Source: Naegleria gruberi (taxonomy: Eukaryota). From it: 3,465 nt of DNA. Shown here piece by piece: positions 1-3,465 of this stretch (positions within the stretch are counted from its first letter, which is position 1; every line of letters begins with the position of its first letter). The stretch lies in assembly GCA_000004985.1 (NCBI GenBank), contig GG739225.1, one strand, 5' to 3'. The position numbers were made by a program, and so were the translations under genes. Under the pieces are notes generated by a model. That model saw only the letters and a list, made by a program, of their open reading frames with translations, was not told where the DNA came from and searched no databases.

Positions 1-9
1 TATTTAAAA
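1..9 (+). promoter_or_regulatory. TATA-like element TATTTAAAA, 57 nt upstream of the ATG at 66. An A9 run directly precedes the start codon.
   Basis: Seen in sequence. The position and composition match core promoters and start contexts of AT-rich eukaryotes. A similar motif could arise by chance in DNA this AT-rich. Confidence 0.2.
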
Positions 10-65
10 TTATTGAAATTGAGAGTTTCTATTTTTACATTTCAAAAAACAACTTTAAAAAAAAA

Positions 66-809
66 ATGAGTTTTGAACATTTATCAAATTTTGTCGATCG
101 AGTGAATAAAACCTATGACCGTAAACAATTTACTCTGATGCGAGAGAGGATCAAATACAAGGACGATGATGATGAGGATTTTGATCAATCTCCCTCACAA
201 AAAACATTCATGTTTATGGAAGAACGTAAAGAAAAGGGTTTAATTTTGTCTCATAATCGGAGAGTGATTAATCATATATTATTATATTTGATGGATTTTT
301 CAATTTATGATGATAATGAAGTGGAAGTAAAAAAGAAAAAGAAGAAGAAAAAGGCTTCCGAAAAGAAAATATCTGAAGAATTACTTTCATTAATTCTGGT
401 GAACAAGCAATGGTATGAATTAGTATCTGCTCATCATCAATTATATGAATTGATGAAGGAAGGTGTTGAAAATTCCTTCTATGGTAAGAATCCACTTTGT
501 TCAACATCATCATTACTTTTGAAGATTCCTTGCAAGTTTCATTCAATTTCAGGCGTAAATCAGACAAAAATTGTTTTGCAAGTTGATACACAAATTCCAC
601 TATTTATTTCATGTTTCAAGATTTATTATGAAATTTTCAAGTATATTTATGAAGATTGTAAAAATCATTCAATCAACCAGAGAATGGACACTGAGCTGAG
701 AGAAGTGTTTGAAAATTCAACAGATCGTATCAAGATGATCATGTCTTTGAATTATCATCACGATTTCCAATTCTTTTTGAGAGATTTGAAGAATCACTTT
801 TTGGAGAAG
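66..809 (+). CDS. 5' portion of a protein-coding gene, truncated at its 3' end by the assembly gap. It is a hypothetical protein with an acidic run (DDDDEDFD), a K8 tract and a possible degenerate F-box-like motif (EELLSLILVNKQWYELV, residues ~103-125).
   Basis: Frame 3 is open for 248 codons (66..809) in DNA that is roughly three-quarters AT. Random sequence of that composition would give a stop about every 12-15 codons. The ATG is preceded by AAAAAAAAA. The F-box-like call is a by-eye match of VNKQWYELV to the F-box C-terminal consensus V-[CS]-K-R-W-R-x-L-V. Continuation of this ORF to 2546 in the supplied track only reflects N translated as X. Confidence 0.7.
330..353 (+). repeat. A-rich tract of 8 consecutive Lys codons (AAA/AAG) inside the 66..809 CDS.
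   Basis: Seen directly: aaa aag aaa aag aag aag aaa aag, giving KKKKKKKK. Confidence 0.9.
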
Positions 810-2523
810 NNNNNNNNNNNNNNNNNNNNNNNNNNNNNNNNNNNNNNNNNNNNNNNNNNNNNNNNNNNNNNNNNNNNNNNNNNNNNNNNNNNNNNNNNNN
901 NNNNNNNNNNNNNNNNNNNNNNNNNNNNNNNNNNNNNNNNNNNNNNNNNNNNNNNNNNNNNNNNNNNNNNNNNNNNNNNNNNNNNNNNNNNNNNNNNNNN
1001 NNNNNNNNNNNNNNNNNNNNNNNNNNNNNNNNNNNNNNNNNNNNNNNNNNNNNNNNNNNNNNNNNNNNNNNNNNNNNNNNNNNNNNNNNNNNNNNNNNNN
1101 NNNNNNNNNNNNNNNNNNNNNNNNNNNNNNNNNNNNNNNNNNNNNNNNNNNNNNNNNNNNNNNNNNNNNNNNNNNNNNNNNNNNNNNNNNNNNNNNNNNN
1201 NNNNNNNNNNNNNNNNNNNNNNNNNNNNNNNNNNNNNNNNNNNNNNNNNNNNNNNNNNNNNNNNNNNNNNNNNNNNNNNNNNNNNNNNNNNNNNNNNNNN
1301 NNNNNNNNNNNNNNNNNNNNNNNNNNNNNNNNNNNNNNNNNNNNNNNNNNNNNNNNNNNNNNNNNNNNNNNNNNNNNNNNNNNNNNNNNNNNNNNNNNNN
1401 NNNNNNNNNNNNNNNNNNNNNNNNNNNNNNNNNNNNNNNNNNNNNNNNNNNNNNNNNNNNNNNNNNNNNNNNNNNNNNNNNNNNNNNNNNNNNNNNNNNN
1501 NNNNNNNNNNNNNNNNNNNNNNNNNNNNNNNNNNNNNNNNNNNNNNNNNNNNNNNNNNNNNNNNNNNNNNNNNNNNNNNNNNNNNNNNNNNNNNNNNNNN
1601 NNNNNNNNNNNNNNNNNNNNNNNNNNNNNNNNNNNNNNNNNNNNNNNNNNNNNNNNNNNNNNNNNNNNNNNNNNNNNNNNNNNNNNNNNNNNNNNNNNNN
1701 NNNNNNNNNNNNNNNNNNNNNNNNNNNNNNNNNNNNNNNNNNNNNNNNNNNNNNNNNNNNNNNNNNNNNNNNNNNNNNNNNNNNNNNNNNNNNNNNNNNN
1801 NNNNNNNNNNNNNNNNNNNNNNNNNNNNNNNNNNNNNNNNNNNNNNNNNNNNNNNNNNNNNNNNNNNNNNNNNNNNNNNNNNNNNNNNNNNNNNNNNNNN
1901 NNNNNNNNNNNNNNNNNNNNNNNNNNNNNNNNNNNNNNNNNNNNNNNNNNNNNNNNNNNNNNNNNNNNNNNNNNNNNNNNNNNNNNNNNNNNNNNNNNNN
2001 NNNNNNNNNNNNNNNNNNNNNNNNNNNNNNNNNNNNNNNNNNNNNNNNNNNNNNNNNNNNNNNNNNNNNNNNNNNNNNNNNNNNNNNNNNNNNNNNNNNN
2101 NNNNNNNNNNNNNNNNNNNNNNNNNNNNNNNNNNNNNNNNNNNNNNNNNNNNNNNNNNNNNNNNNNNNNNNNNNNNNNNNNNNNNNNNNNNNNNNNNNNN
2201 NNNNNNNNNNNNNNNNNNNNNNNNNNNNNNNNNNNNNNNNNNNNNNNNNNNNNNNNNNNNNNNNNNNNNNNNNNNNNNNNNNNNNNNNNNNNNNNNNNNN
2301 NNNNNNNNNNNNNNNNNNNNNNNNNNNNNNNNNNNNNNNNNNNNNNNNNNNNNNNNNNNNNNNNNNNNNNNNNNNNNNNNNNNNNNNNNNNNNNNNNNNN
2401 NNNNNNNNNNNNNNNNNNNNNNNNNNNNNNNNNNNNNNNNNNNNNNNNNNNNNNNNNNNNNNNNNNNNNNNNNNNNNNNNNNNNNNNNNNNNNNNNNNNN
2501 NNNNNNNNNNNNNNNNNNNNNNN
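810..2523. other. Assembly gap of 1714 N.
   Basis: Seen directly. The gap length is probably an estimate, so reading frame and strand continuity across it carry no meaning. Confidence 1.
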
Positions 2524-3063
2524 GTACAAGAAATATTTTCAGATGACGTTTGCTTTGAAATAATTTCCATGATTGATTCGTGGTTTATTTTGAATAATTG
2601 TTCCTTGATTTCAAAACAATTCTTTAATGTGATCAAAGAACGTTCAAAACTTGTTATTCAATTTAAAAAAAAATTTACAGAGAAAAGAATTGAATTATTA
2701 ATGAAAAGTCAATTTATGAATAGTATTGTTAACGTTAAATTTTCGAGAAAGTTGCTTGACTCTATAGAACAAGCCAAATTCATAAATGAAATGAAGCAAT
2801 TAACATCACTTGATATTGGTGGAAATCAAATTGGTGCTGAAGGAGCCAAATTTATAAATGAAATGAAACAATTAACAGCACTTAATATTTATCTGAATGG
2901 AATTGGTGATGAAGGAGTCAAATTCATAATTGAAATGAAACAATTAAAATCACTTAACATTATTGGAAATCAAATTGGTGCTGAAGGAGTCAAATTTATA
3001 AGTGAAATGAAACAATTAACATCACTTGTTATTAATAACCAACAGATGAAATCTATTAATTAA
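2524..3063 (+). CDS. 3' portion of a leucine-rich-repeat protein, ribonuclease-inhibitor-like subtype, with an F-box-like motif upstream of the LRRs. It is 5'-incomplete: the frame is open from the gap edge at 2524, the first ATG is at 2569, and the stop TAA is at 3061-3063.
   Basis: Frame 1 has no stop from 2524 to 3060, which is 179 codons. The translation VQEIFSDDVCFEIISMIDSWFILNNCSLISKQFFNVIKE contains LxLISKQFFNVI, resembling the F-box C-terminal half. It is followed by four 24-aa units matching the LRR consensus LxxLxxLxxLxIxxNxIGxEG. Confidence 0.75.
   Translation, partial: VQEIFSDDVCFEIISMIDSWFILNNCSLISKQFFNVIKERSKLVIQFKKKFTEKRIELLMKSQFMNSIVNVKFSRKLLDSIEQAKFINEMKQLTSLDIGGNQIGAEGAKFINEMKQLTALNIYLNGIGDEGVKFIIEMKQLKSLNIIGNQIGAEGVKFISEMKQLTSLVINNQQMKSIN
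2773..3060 (+). repeat. Four tandem 72-nt coding units (2773-2844, 2845-2916, 2917-2988, 2989-3060), each encoding one 24-residue LRR: AKFINEMKQLTSLDIGGNQIGAEG / AKFINEMKQLTALNIYLNGIGDEG / VKFIIEMKQLKSLNIIGNQIGAEG / VKFISEMKQLTSLVINNQQMKSIN.
   Basis: Seen directly. The 72-nt period is exact between unit starts (gcc/gtc aaa ttY ata ...). Nucleotide identity between units is high, and gaaatgaaacaattaaca recurs. A more degenerate unit probably precedes it at about 2719-2772. Confidence 0.85.
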
Positions 3064-3082
3064 AATCCAAAAAAAAGGATTT
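3063..3082 (+). terminator. Small hairpin overlapping and following the stop codon: stem aaatcc / ggattt (6 bp) with an A8 loop. Its function is unknown; it may be a 3'-end processing structure.
   Basis: The inverted repeat is seen directly (3063-3068 against 3077-3082). The stem is short and AT-rich, so it is thermodynamically weak. Confidence 0.2.
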
Positions 3083-3465
3083 GGCATTATAAACGAAGAG
3101 AGGAGATTGGCTACCTGGTATCCAGAACGGAAAGGTCTCAACACATTATTCCTATTGCTTGTAGCCTAATTACATTGACTGTCGCCATTAATTTTGCTAG
3201 TCCAATTTCAATGAAGAGTTACTGAAATCATCAGATTTGACAGGTAAGATTGTGATTGCCAAAGGTCCTTACTTTACTGGTGGAATAAAGAAGAAAATGA
3301 AAAAAACTTTTTTCAACATCAAGTACGGGATGTACATTGATGATTCTTCGAGTGCTTTCACGTACTAAAGCTTCCAAACTTTCACAACATCATCTATATA
3401 CTATTACTAGTGATTTTTGTTTGTGAAACAAAAAGCAAATCCGAAAATTGAAGATGAAGCAAAAA

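Noticed and set aside
15-22. GAAATTGA at -51 of the first gene and AAAATTGA at 3444-3451, resembling the mimivirus AAAATTGA early-promoter octamer
   Set aside because: A seven-of-eight match and an exact octamer are both expected by chance in DNA this AT-rich. The second copy lies only 2 nt from the ATG, the wrong distance for that promoter. Not enough to call a giant-virus origin.
484-552. Possible 69-nt intron (GTAAGA ... TTTCAG) inside the 66..809 CDS
   Set aside because: The reading frame stays open straight through it, and its composition is no more AT-rich than the flanking exon. Read-through is the simpler model. Because the length is a multiple of 3, the sequence cannot decide between the two without RNA data.
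268-600. 110-aa minus-strand ORF antisense to the 5' gene
   Set aside because: It lies wholly inside the longer, better-supported + strand frame with its A-run start context. Antisense open frames are common opposite real genes, and it has no start context of its own.
66-2546. 826-aa + strand ORF in the supplied track spanning the gap
   Set aside because: Only 66..809 is real sequence; the remainder is N translated as X. The in-frame re-entry at 2523-2546 is meaningless because gap length is arbitrary. The segment right of the gap is coding in a different frame (frame 1).
717-2636. Minus-strand ORFs 717..2636 and 739..2529
   Set aside because: Both consist almost entirely of X from the N gap. 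The few real residues at each end are antisense to the two + strand coding segments.
3085-3260. tRNA or spliceosomal snRNA in the GC-richer block
   Set aside because: I looked for tRNA D/T-loop signatures (GTGGC..AGTGG, GGTTCGAATCC-like), the U6 ACAGAGA box, a U1 or U2 5' consensus and a proper Sm site. Only an imperfect Sm-like AATTTTGC (3190-3197) and a loose TACCTGG were present. That is not enough for a call without a covariance-model search.
1-3465. Prokaryotic defence or accessory system (operon, RBS, CRISPR array, toxin-antitoxin, mobile-element ends)
   Set aside because: No Shine-Dalgarno spacing, no short direct repeats with spacers, and no inverted terminal repeats. Gene structure and composition are eukaryote-like. 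The only tandem repeat is in-frame protein-coding LRR.

Overview
This 3465-nt window is extremely AT-rich and looks eukaryotic, or possibly giant-viral, rather than bacterial. Genes begin with an A-run before the ATG, contain poly-Lys and acidic low-complexity tracts, and carry intron-like GTAAGA/TTTCAG signals. A run of 1714 N (810..2523, 49% of the window) is an assembly gap. It destroys the middle of the locus, so every ORF in the supplied track that crosses it is an artefact of N being translated as X.

Two real coding segments sit on the + strand on either side of the gap.

(1) 66..809 is the 5' part of a gene: 248 open codons with an AAAAAAAAATG start context. It encodes an acidic run, a K8 tract and a motif resembling the C-terminal half of an F-box (VNKQWYELV).

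(2) 2524..3063 is the 3' part of a gene that is open right up to the gap edge, with an internal ATG at 2569. It has a second F-box-like motif (CSLISKQFFNVI). Four tandem 72-nt (24-aa) units follow, and they fit the ribonuclease-inhibitor-type leucine-rich repeat consensus (FIxEMKQLTSLxIxGNQIGAEG).

The last ~400 nt are non-coding. They start with a small hairpin immediately after the stop codon, then switch to a clearly more GC-rich block (3085..3260) that contains a consensus 5' splice-donor-like CAG|GTAAGA.

I see no prokaryotic operon, defence-system, CRISPR or mobile-element architecture. The most likely biology is an F-box/LRR (SCF substrate-adaptor-like) gene or tandem gene pair. Its near-identical LRR units probably caused the assembly gap. 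All domain calls come from reading the translation by eye and need an HMM or BLAST check.
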